64,000 nucleotides of DNA from Bigelowiella natans CCMP2755 (Eukaryota; Protista; Cercozoa): positions 1 to 64,000 of the forward strand of contig ADNK01001956.1 in NCBI GenBank assembly GCA_000320545.1. The letters are read 5' to 3'. The position numbers and the translations under genes are program-made. Positions within the stretch are counted from its first letter, which is position 1. The number at the start of each line of letters is the position of its first letter. Below are positions 39,756-53,648 of this stretch, one piece after another. Under the pieces are notes generated by a model. The model saw only the letters and a program-made list of their open reading frames with translations, ran no database searches and was not told the origin of the DNA.

Positions 39756-40458
39756 GAACAGGAAGTTGCAGTCGCAAATGGGTCGCAAGCATTGATGGAA
39801 CCTGTTTTGAGCGATCACTTCAACACCTCATGTCCCTTGGCGACATACGTAATGTAGAAGAAAAGCAACAACTCAAACAACTTTTAATGTATATATATAA
39901 TATATATCTACCATTGATGGAATAACCACTGAATTATCCTTGTCCATTATTCCATCACCATCACCAACAACAACAGCACCAACACCCTCACTTCTTCTCT
40001 CTTCCTCCTCCTCCTCATCATCATCTTCTTATTCTTTCACTAGGAGGAGATGAATGGAACATTTGGAGGTAATTTTCCAGCATTATCTGGGTTATACACC
40101 CCACAGATAAAGCTTGTTTCAGATATCCTTCAAACAGATAAGGTGCTGCAGTGTTATTTTTTATGCTGGTGTGTACCATATCAACTAACTAATATTTTAT
40201 AAATACTATTTGTTGTTGAATTAGGTTGCATGGAATGAGTCTGTGTGCTCAAAGGCAGGGCTTGCTCAAACTTATGAGGGAGAGAATTGCACTCTGGACA
40301 AATTACGTACAGAATGACAATGACAAGATAATTATGCAGTAAATCACGAGCATCTGACTTTTTCTCTTTTTATTCTTCAGCATTTCAGTACAACGGAGTA
40401 TATTATCAAGGTAGTGAAAATATGACGTTAACATGCGGATGTTGATGGTGAAAGATGG

Positions 40459-40493
<35 letters not shown>

Positions 40494-41761
40494 GTCATCA
40501 CGCACTTTTTCTATGTGTGTTTGATACTACAAGCGACTGTTAGTATGTTGTGAAAGTTCCACCTTCCTCCTCTTCCTCCTCCTCCTCCTCCTCCTACTGC
40601 TATCACCATCAGGAATGGCATTATCTCCTTTATACTATGCTAGCCAATTTGCAGAGACGTGGTTTTTCCAGTAAGTTACTGCTGTCTATAAAAGAGGAGA
40701 ACAAAAAGAAGATCGATTACAACAACAACAACAAGAAGAAGAAGAAGAAGAGAATATTTGTTATCGTGAGTAGTCTACTATATCTGGAATTTAATAAACA
40801 CATGTACACCCCCACTGTAATTATGGTTTGATGAAAACATACTGCCTGCATCGTCATCGTTACGTTATTATCATCGTTGTCATCATTTGAAGTTCTACTA
40901 CTACCACTACTACTACTACTGCTATATCTGTTGGCTTTTCTTCTTATGCTTATATTTGCTCTTATCATGGATTGAACCTATCTTGGATTATATGATAACA
41001 AATTGCCAATGATGATAATCATACTGACAATGACTGATGATTATTATGCTCACTACTACAAGATATCTCTCTGGGTTGGAAAATTGGGTGGGTAGTATTA
41101 GAGGAGAGGAAGGAGAGGAGGAGAGGAGGCGAAGTGGAAGAGAAAGGAGGGTTGAGTATTATTCAAATATTATGGAATATACAATTATGTAAATGGGTAT
41201 AAGCATAGTCGAGTTGAGTAATATCCAAATATTATATCATATGTATAATCAGCATACTCTTGAATTTGTAGTCACGATGATAACATCATGCATCATCATG
41301 ATCATCTTTTATTGGTTGATTGTTGTTCAGGGATTTAACCAAATAAGCTATCTGGAACTTGCTGCTTTGTACAGGATGCATATTCAGGTGATGATAACAA
41401 TTGATTCATTCATTCATTAATTAATTATTATCATGTAAAAACTACTACAATTTTATAAAAGTAGCTCAATACTAAGTTGTGGGTACTTAACTGATGAGAA
41501 TCTACTAGAACAAGTTGGTGGTGCTCTTGTCTTTTCATTAATTGTACGAAGGGCACTTGTCATCATCTTATCTAATCACTAATTCATTTCCATACATCAT
41601 CATTATTATCTCGGCTGCTGCTGCTGCATCCATCCTAAACAATCAAGGTTATGGCATTTGGATCTAACTATTACAACTCCCTCAAGTATGCCTCGCAAAC
41701 GCTCGGATTTATTCTTGCGGTACTGTGCTTTCTGCCTTTTCTTTTGACAATAAATGGAAAG

Positions 41762-41792
<31 letters not shown>

Positions 41793-43548
41793 GGGTGATG
41801 ACAACGATAATGATGATGCATTTGCCTTTAATATAGGTTATGGAGCAAGTTGTTACCAACACAAAGATTCAAGGTTAGATGTGTGAAGATTTTATAATTC
41901 AATGACAGATGATGGTCTGAATATCTTAAAGAAGTCAAATCAACTCTATTAACTTAAGTGAAAATCTAATATTTGATGAAGGTTAGATGCGAAGATTTTG
42001 ATAGTGGTGATTGTGATGATGATGGTGATAATGATGAATATGATGATGATCGTGGGTGATAGAAAGGATGATGATAACGGTGACGATGATAATAGAATCC
42101 ACGCCACCAATTCAATCATTATCATCATCGTCGTCGTCGTCGGAACAACGTTTATTCTTTTGTACAACTAAATACTCTTGAAAGGAGTTCCTGAAGCAGC
42201 TGACGATAAGGCTTTTACTCTGCTATTCAATCATGATACAAATGCTTTGTAAGAAGATAAAATTGCTAATATAATATGTTGTGAACAGCAACCTGTATTG
42301 GTCACGTACACACACAAACACACACTCTCTATCTTATCGGAAAGCATTACGATCAAGTGCTATATATCTCTTTTTGTCTGTTTTCCTCCTCTCTCCTCCT
42401 CCTTAGGTACTTGAAACAACTACTAGATCTGGATTGGCTAGTAGAAACCTTTGCTTTGAATGTAGTTATACTAGTAGTAGGAAGTATAGTAGTATGAGCA
42501 TATCATCAATATATCTTAGTAACAAGAGGAAAAGAGAGAAGGAGAGAAGAACAATATGCAGCATGTATGTGGTGGTGATATATGGTAATAGATATCATAC
42601 AATCTACCTACCTACATGCCTCCTCTCCTAATGCTCATGTTGTTGCTTAATCTGTAGTCTGCAAGCACTGCAGGAGCTCTTGTTTTCGAGCTCTACAAAG
42701 ATGGTAGCAATAGTAGTACTAGCTTCTCCTACAATAAAATCTTATTTGTTGATGTTATTCAAAAAGGGGTATGTGATGTGATAAGAAGTTAATAGAAGGC
42801 ATCATGGATGTGTTCATCTTTTGTCTTCATTATCATCATCATCATCATCACCGTAATAGCAGTAGTGTTGTGTTATTATCACTTATTCGTTGTTTCCTCA
42901 TTTTACTTCTGTGACGTCGTGAATGATGATAATAGATAAAGGCGATTATTATGTGAGCTTGTACTATGCGGCTGCCACTCCAGAGCAGCAAAGATATAAT
43001 CAAACGTAATAATCAATAATAATCACTACATCTGCTGGATATAGAAAATATACAATCAAAGGAAGAAAAGGAAGGATTGATGGTTGTTGATAAGGATGGA
43101 AGGAGCTCTTTCTCTTCCTTTGAATAAGCATTCATTATCGTCTACTTCTTCATCATCTTCTTCATTGCATCATTAGCCAGCCAACAAGCTATTCAAGAAA
43201 TGATTGATCATTATTATAATAATAACTGTTGTAACGATGCTTTTTTATTTTATATTGAAAAACAAAATATAAGTGGTGTTAGAATGATTATTTGTGTAGG
43301 GGCAAAAAAAATGCAGTATATTAAATTGTATAATGTTTGTTGTTGTTGCTTTCCCACACACAGCTTGACACTTGAGAATCCGCCTTCAAAATCCCATATG
43401 ATCATAAGGCCTTGTTCAAATCAACTCTGCCCGTAAGATCGTCATATTATTATATTATATTATATTATATTATATTATAAGATGAATGATCTCTCTTGCT
43501 CTCATTCTTTCAATCCATCAAACTTTCTCCTCTTCTTTTCGTAGCAAG

Positions 43549-43587
<39 letters not shown>

Positions 43588-44758
43588 TAAAATAAACCCC
43601 ATCATCATCATTATCTCATATCTGCTGTTTCAGGTATAGCGAATTCAAACGCATCGTTTTGGACGTAATAGAGTTCAGGTGCATGGAAGAGCCGCTCAGG
43701 TACTACTTCTTTTGCTGCTGCTGCCACTCGGTTCATTTGGTAGTAGTAAAAATTGGTAATATATGTATTATGCTTGCTGCTTTTTCCATCATGCTATCAT
43801 TGATTTGTTGTTGTTGTTGTTGATGATGATGATGATGTTTTGTTTGATCAGAGAATCCCTTGTGCAAATGTACCAGTCATTACAACATGCAGATGATGAC
43901 GGCAATGAAAATTGTGACAACGTGGTCAAATCTTGGTACGTATTACTTGTGTTACTCTTATGTACATAAGGAGAGAATAATTATCATGTAGTGGACCAAT
44001 TTTGCTACGTTGACACACCATCATCATGTCTCAGATTTACTCCTTCCTTTTGGCCACAACTAGACCTCCTCTTCATAGCTTTCATCACAATCATCATCAT
44101 CATCATCATTCTTAGGCGCATTTCCTTGATCGTCACAGCTACTATCGTAGGATTACTGATATTTGGAGGTTGAAAAAACAGAAGAGATGAAACACATCAG
44201 CATGATCTGTTGGTCTCACTTTCGTTGCTGCCGTTGTCATCATCATCATCATCATCTTAGTTGTTGATACTACTACTACTACTACTACTACTACCTGCTA
44301 TGCAGCATTGAAGTTGAGTTATTATTTGTTAGGAATAGCATTCCTTCTAGGTCGTTATATTCTGGGACAAATGCAAGGAAGAGAAGGAAGCAGTGATTAT
44401 AGGCAAGCTGCATTGAATAGTGTTGATGAGGGAGGTACTACTAGTGCAATTAGTTGTTGTTGTTGTTGTTGTAATATAGCAGTGGTAGATAAAAGCATGA
44501 CCACGAATATGCATTTTTGCACTCACTCTCTCACTACTCACTTCTCCAATGTGTAACTAACCCATTCACCCAAACGATGAATATATTATTTCCTTACTTT
44601 AATCACATGATATTCCTACCAAATAGCCCCTCATTGCAATTATCATCATCAGCATGATCATCATCATCGTCATCATTCTGGATCAACCATTGTTAGTCAC
44701 AGCTTCTTGCTTTTCTTCTTTTTCGTTTTCTTCTTCCAACCTTATCATGACTACGTAT

Positions 44759-44790
<32 letters not shown>

Positions 44791-44825
44791 TATCATCACA
44801 ACTACCATCACCAGGACCTATCTGA
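38518..44825 (+). CDS. Histidine acid phosphatase / phytase-like (branch 2), secreted type-I membrane protein
   Basis: Signal-like N-terminus, catalytic RHGVRSP (38635), LTAHG (~38925), distal HD motif LLFNHDTN (~42220), C-terminal TM exons (ISLIVTATIVGLLIFG/GIAFLLG); likely stop TGA 44823-44825. Confidence 0.85.
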
Positions 44826-45279
44826 CTAGTACATCAAAGGAAAAGCTCTTCACTAATGAGTAAGTGTCACAAAAGCTATAGTACTCAAAGACGACGACAA
44901 GCTACGGAGAGGAAGCAGAAAGATGGAAAAGCATTCGAGGAGGGAAATCAATCACTGAATTATGACGCTCACAATGATGAGCTAAGGCCCATTTCGGCAA
45001 CAAAGAAAGAAATGCTGCTCACCACCTATGGAAGCTGCATATCCTGCACCTTAAACACTAGTGCTAATAGTACTACTACTACTACTAGTAGTAGTAGTGT
45101 ATCAAAACAAGTTTCGAGAGCAGACACTGACATTTTCAGGGATGTTATAACCGTATTTGTAAGTAATATTTATTTCAATCTAATTTTGAAGGGGAGAACA
45201 GATAGACGATGTGAGAATACACCTTTACTCAGCCGATGATATTATCAATGAGTATTCCTGTGCTTTACACACAAGTTCA

Positions 45280-46560
45280 TCTAGGCATTTTTAATCATAT
45301 GCACGTGCATTATGCGCGGTAGTATATTGCACAAGCCAACGTCATTGTCTATCAAAAGGCGGCGTGAGCTAGCAGTGGCGTAGTACAGGAGTATGAGTAG
45401 ACAATTATATTGTTCTTTTGCGACCATAATGTCTAGGTGTTTATTAGCTAGATGTATAGCAAATGCGCTGCAATCTGCAATCCATGCCAGTAGCTGCTGT
45501 GCTATTGCCATCTACCTTAGTCTGTAGCAGATATATAGATGTGGAGTATTAATTGTCACACACACGCATCTATAGCTAGCTAGCCATTAATGTATTAAAT
45601 GTACCACATGTAGTTCTAGATAGATGTTTGTGTAGTCCATCCTAGCAGCATCGTCTAGATGGTGCTTGCTGCAGATGAGTGCTACGTACCAATGATGGCT
45701 AGATAGGCTATGCTCTATGCATGAATACTAAAATGGAACATTGCATGCACAGTTACATGCGTTTCTCATAAACTACTACGCTACGACATGTGCATCGCAT
45801 GAACGAACAATGAAGCTGCACGTTCTTATTTTGGTCGAGCATTAGACACCGTGCAACAACATTGCTGCGAAATCGAACATGCATGCTAGCATCATGGCAG
45901 ATGTCTATGTACTATCTGTGAGCACTACAGCAGTCAGCAGTGCTAGCTAGCTAGAGTACCATGCTAGCATGTGCGCACATTTCTTAGGTGCATAGCAAAG
46001 TTTGGCCTCGTTGTGATTCACGCACTGTTCTAGTGTTGTCCCTCTTTGTTGTGAAATTGTCATGTCATCTCTCTACTCACATTGCGATCACTTGCTTTCT
46101 TGTGTAATGCTGGAAAATTAATGAAACACACAGGAATCAGTCATCAGTCATCAGCATCACTGTCACTATTCATTTGCTCATGCGAACACTGAAAGTGCTA
46201 AGAAGAAAATAAGCCCTGGCAAACGCAATGAGCAGCATGGTCGATGCATAGCGCAATGCTACAATGACAATCAAATCAAAAACGAATCTTTTCTGGACAC
46301 ACATGGCTTTCTGGCTCCTGCATTTGCATTCTCTAACAAATGCAAGACGGCCATGCTGTGATGATCGTGTGTGCTTGTGCATGTGCTGGTGGTCCTGTGA
46401 TCGCATCAATGGCTGAGTAGCGATTGTGCTACAAATTCTAGTGACTGACACAACACATGCTATGAACAATTTTCGATTGAATGGGAAAGCACATTTTCAC
46501 TGCAGCCTTTGCCACCACAGTTGTGACACCACGTTAATGTAGTTACGTTACTACCAGATC
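45280..46560. other. Partially TpA-depleted, CTAG-rich intergenic island between convergent 3' ends
   Basis: Many GCTAGC/CTAG and TGCA/CATG words; non-CTA/TAG TA is reduced, mainly after ~45780. Confidence 0.55.
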
Positions 46561-46600
46561 GTCGGCACCGTCGCCGAATTGATACACCACCTCCAACTGT

Positions 46601-47897
46601 TCAGAAAATTGTAGAGAGGAAAAGGGTGAATGCATGCCATGTCCTCAACCTTGTTGCCCGCCAATAGCCCTCGCCATATGACATCAGAATCTCCTCCCCA
46701 GCATCTATAGACCGTGTAGCTTTCACCAACACCTTATAATTTACTTTTCTAAATGGAAGGGAAGCAGGAGTAGAGGTAGGATAAGCAAACAATAATTAAC
46801 GACAACGTCGAGAATAGAGTTACTCCTTCTCATTCTCCTTCTTCTCATCAATATTATGTGTTGAATATAGGTCATATGGCGCATGCATTAATGTTACATC
46901 ATCATCAATATCATCATCCTCATTACGCTGTGGTCGTTGCCGGCAAGTAGTTCGTCGTCGTCGTCGTATTTCCCTCATCCCCCCTCTCAGGGCCACCATT
47001 CAAATGTCCTCCTACTCGACGTTGCTGCATTTCTTCTTCTTCGTTTCCATGATCCCCAAAAATATCATTGGTAATTTGTTTTGAGCGATAAGAGTTGGAT
47101 TTATGCCAAACTCCCATTGTGTGATCATAATATTCATCATCAATTTCAGGGATGTTATCTTCCGAAGTAGTCATCACCATCTCCGCATTGTTGCCTTTAG
47201 TCATTATCCAACCTACCACATCATGCACACCCAATCAGTACTAGAGTATTATATCATCTTCTCAACATCATACAGCTGTTACACCCGCCGCGAACAAGAA
47301 GCATGCATGTGATTGAGATTTACACTAATGATCAGATTGCGAGAATGAAGAAAGATGTGTACGATGATGATATTTTGGGTCATCATACGGCTACTATGCT
47401 AGGCCAAGAATGATATATTATCATCGTGCAATTATTGTTGTGGCGACTAAACCTATTGATTGTCTGTAATAGATGGGGCCTTGCTGAGAATGTGATGGTG
47501 ATGATGGTAATGGTGATGACGATGATGATGATGATAAACCTATTCCAGCGGCTGCATCGTTGATATACCGACCGTGTGATAATACGTGGTGCTCAGCATC
47601 AAGAACCCTTAAGAAGAAGATCACATCACATCACATCACATCATCATTATTATTATTACTATTATTATTATTATTCTCAACACCCTAGAACATGGTAGGC
47701 GTTCGGAGACGCTAACTAATTAATAAGACGATTATTTGTTTCTCTTGTTTCTTACCTGCCATTGCCAATTGAAACTCCATAATTCCCTGTAATGTTTTCG
47801 TTCTGAGTCCTATCGATGTACCTAGTTTGTTTAGGATAGACGATTAAGGTTATTGTAGTAGTGGTGATATACGTGCGACGAAGTATATATAGCTTGT

Positions 47898-47931
<34 letters not shown>

Positions 47932-48192
47932 GAGTACGACAACAACAACAATAACAAATGGAAGAAGACCACACTAGGCACAATGTCAATGATGATAACC
48001 ATGGTTTAGATATTCACCAATGATTCATATCCTCCCCCTCTCCCCCTCTTCTCTCTCTCTCTCTCTCACACTCTCCCCCACTTTCTCTAAGATAATGTTT
48101 CTCCTCTCCTCCTCCTCCTCCTCCTCCTCTTCTTTTTCTCATGAGCTGCTAGTGTGGTAGAATTACTCGCTCAGAGTGAAGATATCCCCCTT

Positions 48193-48236
<44 letters not shown>

Positions 48237-48837
48237 CATTATCGATCGATACGTAGATGTGAGAAGGAAGAAGAGAAACATATGGCGGGGTGATATTGAT
48301 GGTGATGATTTCGTGGTTATTGATAACAAAAGGAAAATATAAAATATACCACGAAGAAGGTCACTCACAAAATAGACAGCAGCAGACCTCATATTCGCAA
48401 ATTACTTCCCCCTTAAATATCCAACATTCCACAAAAAAAACAGTAGAAAACAGTTAGAATTGTTGTTCATCAAGTTGTTCCTAAGTGTTATATGTGTTTA
48501 GCACTACCTTCTCATGTCCTTGCACAGAATACAATCCTAGACCTGCTCCCTGGATAATTGTGGTTGTAGTAAATAAGTAGTCGTTGTTGTAGGTAGGTCA
48601 TCGAAATACAGTAAAGGAGGCCTATAAAGCAGCAGTCGACAACTTGAAGAGGTAAACAAATGTACTTTCTTTAGTTCCCAGAATTACCAATAATTTGACT
48701 GTTGTGTTGTTTTTGTTATCAGTTACCGGTATGCGCGAAGACTTGACCTCCAATCGTTCGCTATTGTTGTAACTATTTTTTTTTGGGAATTCTACGTGAC
48801 GATGGTTGGGAGGAAAAGAGTAGGCTTTTTGATATGC

Positions 48838-48873
<36 letters not shown>

Positions 48874-49247
48874 CCATGGTGATGATCGCGATAGAGATGC
48901 TTTATTTTGTAGAAGATTAAGTGATGACGAAACTTGTATCAACGGTGGGGACGTTGGTCGCGCTGCTGCTGCCTTGTTATACAAAGTTGTAGGCTTCTTT
49001 GTTGCGATTGTAACAGTATCTTCGGTGTAGCAGAAGCAGAAGAACTACCAGCAGAACAATATTTATTTCTCTTTCTCCTCATCCTTGCCCTAAACTTAAT
49101 ACGCCGCCCCATGAAATTTAGTGAGTAGCTCTTTTGATGGATGCATTGTTTGTTGGAATCGGAATGGTATGCAGCCCTAATAGTAGTACTAGTGGTAGAA
49201 GTAGCTTTAAGGATTAGCATGATGACTGCAACTGCCCGGCAAAACAT
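46601..49247 (-). CDS. SET-domain protein lysine methyltransferase with signal/transit-like leader
   Basis: Exons encode LEVKSSRIP/GAGLGLYS, GEVICEYE/G, GRYINDA and VKATRSIDAGEEILMSYGEGYW (SET motifs). N-terminus MFCRAVAVIMLILKAT followed by an S/T/R/K-rich region. Confidence 0.82.
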
Positions 49248-49560
49248 GTGGCTGCTGGTGCTGGTGCAATGTTCTCAATGCAAGCTCAGGACCACAAATC
49301 GGAAACAGTTTTGAGTTGACATGTGTGTTCTGAGTGGATCTAGTGCCATGTGGTGCTCCATTTGAGTATCACTAACAACATTGTTGTTACTGTTGTTAAA
49401 TTATAAATTAATAGCACATATAATTTTAGAAGTATGACCATACATGAGTAAGTATCACTAATGATGTTGTTATTAGTCCACTATGAAAATCACTTCGGTG
49501 TAACAACATAGCTGGGAAGTCAAGGGCGCGAAAAGATTAACTAACTAACTAACTAACTAG

Positions 49561-50120
49561 TTGTTGTCAAGTTGTTGCAAATCAACATCATTGTTGATGT
49601 GCCTTTGCATGCGCCGCCGTCACATTGCCGCTGATTGCGCTGCCCCACGCTGGCACGTAGCTAGCTAGACAGAGTGCTAGAGTGCCAAGTTTTCAAGTCC
49701 AATCAGTCCTCGCTGAAGCCAGCTAGCCAATTCGAGGCACTGCACGCGTTTCGTGCTTTGCAATGACAGAGTGGTTCATGCAACACTTTGGAAATGCAGT
49801 TCTTGTTCACGTTTGCTTGTTTGTTTGTGTTTTTGGAAGCATGAATGTGCATCTGTGGATTTGACTAGTTGAGCTCGCGTGCATGGATGGTGCAAGAACA
49901 ACCAACTGACTGACCAACCGAGCTAGCGAGGATGCTGGAATGACCAACCTGGCAACTGACCGCTAACTGACCAATTTGACCGACTGAAACCCATGCCAGC
50001 ATGCCACACAAACACAATCCGACCAACTGACAACTTCCTTTCCTGTTTCTGCTCGTGCCCTTGCACGGCCTGCGAGCCAAAGTCCTGCTGTTCTTCTAGC
50101 TGCTGTGACATTGTTAGTCA
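49561..50120. other. TpA-depleted intergenic island
   Basis: About 10 TA in ~555 bp, 7 of them CTAG and all in CTA or TAG context; abrupt left boundary next to an intact (TAAC)n tract. Confidence 0.75.
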
Positions 50121-51086
50121 AATCGTTTCCCGTGTGTGGAAGCCAAAGGTTGTTGCGCGTAAGGTGTTCACAGGCCGAGGCGCTACGTGCACAAGTAGGC
50201 AGGGGGGGGGAAAGGCACGTTTGCTTCCTTTTGAAGAGTTGTGTTTATTTTTATTAAAGATTATATTTTTATTAAATCGTGCACTGCGTAATCATTCGCG
50301 AAGCTTTCGCGAATGCCGCCGCACGTGGGGCAGCACACTTCCGGTGTGCTGCCATGAGTCCCGCCGGAACCCACGTGCCTATGCTGTATTAATATCTACG
50401 TTATCTATATTCTATATCCGCGACAACCCCTTTGTTGTCGCACGTGACTTGTGCCCGCGTAGTGGTACGCGCTACAGCTAGCATGGGGCTAGTCATGCTA
50501 GCCATGTAGCTAGCTAGCGCGACTGACAACACTGGAACAGTCGCTAGAGGTGCACTAGCTACGTACATGTACGCACGACGACTAGACGACACTACTTCGT
50601 GCACAGCACTGCGCAAAAAGAGCCTCTAATTAATGGGCTATTTGTACGAAGCACAGATGTGGTTGGAGAAGGGCACACAAAAAGCCTCTAATGGGCTATT
50701 TGCGCACGTACATGCGCAAGTTTGCATCTCTACATCTGCTCTGCTAAGGCATAGCACATGTCATGTTGTGTAGTATCATACTGAGTTGCATGATGATTTA
50801 GGAATGAGATCGGTACACAAAACAAAGATGTACCTGCATGTTTCTATACACATGCTCTGACAATCTCTAACAATGAACCAAATGAACATTTGAGTTCGAA
50901 TAAATTTAAATACTATTCATAATAATTTTTTTCTGTCTTGGATGAGTCGTCTATGTCTGAGAGTGCTGCTACAAATTCAACTTGAAGCTTCCCACCAAGA
51001 TCCAGCATACATATAACTAATTATAAAGCTTCTATGATTTGTTCTCTACACAGAAATCACAGTGAGCTTATGTTCTAACGAGATTT

Positions 51087-53648
51087 TTATTTTGACGAAG
51101 ACGATGAGAAAACATCCTCCGCAGTCTGCGTATCATCAAGAGGTCTTGTTGCAATCCAATATAGAGCGGCAGTGAGGGAGTTTCCATCATCAAACTCGCT
51201 CCCATTGAGTGTTTTGATTCCCATCCAAGCTCCTTTCGGGTCGATGATACTTTCGGCCATTCGTATGTATCCTGCCCAGGTGGGCTTCAAAACAGGCTTT
51301 TTCCTTCCTAATGCCATTCCCATTTGTCCATATTCATGTGTGACAAAATCTTTAGGAAGTAAGTACTCGGAAGCAGGTGTAAAAGGAAGCATCTGTATGC
51401 CGTGTACATATTCAACGTTAGTTCCAAACCACGTCGTATGGCTTGCCATGTCTCCCCCAACGACTCCAACGATTGCATTCTTTGTGAAAAGTGGAGGATA
51501 TAGTCCCGTTGAGAATAGAGGGAAATACGTTTCTAGGACAACACCAGGTATGTGCCAGTAGCTTCGACTGGCCAATGTTTCAAGTGCACACAGCATGCGA
51601 CCGTAGTCCCTCATCTGAGTGTCACCAAGGACAGATCCTAGTAAAGAAACTGCATAATAAGCATTGACAGCTTCTGAAGAACTTTCCTGCTCCCTTCCAT
51701 CCGGCATCTTAAACAAACCACTAGCCCAGCTGTGACACTCATAGAAATCAAAATGCCTTGCAACAGGGAACTCGATTACGCCTTTCTCAGAATTGGCAAT
51801 GTCCTTGACCAGAGCGATGGCATAAGTTGCAAGATGTCCATCAAGAGCCTCCTTTGCAGATTCAGGTCTTAAGTACATCCAAACAGCCAGGCTGTAAATC
51901 ATGTAACCATAGTGAAAGTGATGATCATTGTAGTATCCATTCCCGAAGTCGTATATTGGAAACTTAAGCCCTCTTTCAACAATCAATCCCCCCCATGTCT
52001 GATCATAAACTAGTCTATTTGCTGAATCAGTTCCATTTAGCCAACTAATCATCAATTTCTCAACTTTATCAACAGCAATGTTCATCTCTTTCGTTTGGTG
52101 AAGTTGTTTTGCAATAAGTGCAAGTTTAGAGAGCATTGCTAATTTTTTCCCAAGATGATAGGTATCGTTAATGGAACCAAGAGGTTTCTGTACGTCAGAC
52201 TTCAACGCTGAAGTTATGACATCTTGTGTTATCTGAGGCGGCGAATTAACCTGTCCGTAAAAGCCAAGGGCAGGTAGATCGATACTTAATGTCCATGTTT
52301 CATTGAGATTCTCGAGGGTCGAAACGACAGGGGTCATAGGCCCCCTAGACGACCAGTGATGCATCATGCTTTGCCAGGTATTGATGGTAGTTGGTGGTTT
52401 CCGGAGAGATGTGACTTTATTTGAGTCCATCATCATCATATGATGAGGAAGATAGGACATTAGAAAACCATAGTCCTTCACTCCTCTTGTTTTCCATTGA
52501 TACATAAGCTCAGCCTTATCTGTTGCATCACCAGGACCCGGAATAATACGATAATCTACTGAACCGCTCACAGGATATCTATGAAGAAAGGGAAGAATTG
52601 TTTGAAATGCGCTCTCTTGGCATGGCATGAAATTCTTCTGCCAGGAGACGGAAGGGAACCCGCACGTAAGCATTCCTACTCGAATAGTCCCTGTATATCG
52701 ATCCTTCGAAGCAGGGTTCATTCTCATAAATGTTGTGTTGGTCCATTCAAATTGTAGAGCAGGCCGTGAGTAAACTAACCAATTTTGGCCGTTTGAAAGT
52801 TGTACCTGATAAGTTACGGATCCTTCTGAATTTGAAGGTCCTTCCGGAATTTCTAACGCCTTTATTGGAACCGTCCATTTAAGAATGGGTTTTGCTGATT
52901 TTAACTCCATGGTAATTAGTGGGCTTCCTCTTACAAGAGGTACCACCATTTGCGCCTTAGAATCATCATCTGCTGGCCCGTATGTCACTTCTACTGAAAG
53001 GTCATCAAAATCGCTCACTTGTGGGCTTTCAGAATAACCATCTTCCAGTGAGATAGCAACATCTGCGGTAAAACCTCCAGTGACTGAGAAGTCTGTCACC
53101 TAAGATATAGAATAGATTAGACTTTACTGTTGAGCCGCAGTTCTAAAATTGTTCATGTCATTTGTTATGAGGTAGCTCTGGCATTGACTTACGTAGGCAG
53201 TGCGCATTGGATAGCAGATTTGGAGTCCATCAGGTAAGCTCTTAATTGCGTATGGAGAGGTAATAACGGGACTGTCGAGATCTAAGAGGAGATTTTCCCA
53301 CCATGCATTTGTGGGGAGTGCAGCCTTAGATTTTTTGCCCTTCAAGGCCAACCGTTTGGGTTGCACAGGGTGCACAGCAGAGTGAAAAGGAATCGTGATT
53401 GAATCTGCAGGTAATTGCTCTGTACTGGCGCCACCAGATGGAGATGGTTGAATCTTCCGTGGTAATGACGTCAATGCAGGAGTCATTGAGGGAGTCAAAA
53501 CAGACAAAATTGCCAGCACACTTATAAGAGCCACAGCAACCCCAGATCCAACTTGGGAGGCGCGGCAGCTGAAGATGCGTTGTAGCCATGATCTATTGTC
53601 ATTGCAACTAGGAGGGGGCGACAGCAAGTGTGTACTTTCCGTTGGCAT
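51087..53648 (-). CDS. Glycoside hydrolase family 81 endo-1,3-beta-glucanase, membrane-anchored; exons 53648-53193 and 53099-51087 (further 5' exon possible)
   Basis: LPTNAWWEN, DFGNGYYNDHHFHYGY, RHFDFYECHSWASGL, GREQESSSEAVNAYY, YVHGIQMLPFTP, DDGNSLT; N-terminal TM VAVALISVLAILSVL. Confidence 0.93.

Noticed and set aside
9261-44863. ORFs with poly-Ile, -Tyr, -Thr, -Ser, -His or (CV)n/(HT)n tracts
   Set aside because: These are translations of intronic microsatellites inside spliced genes.
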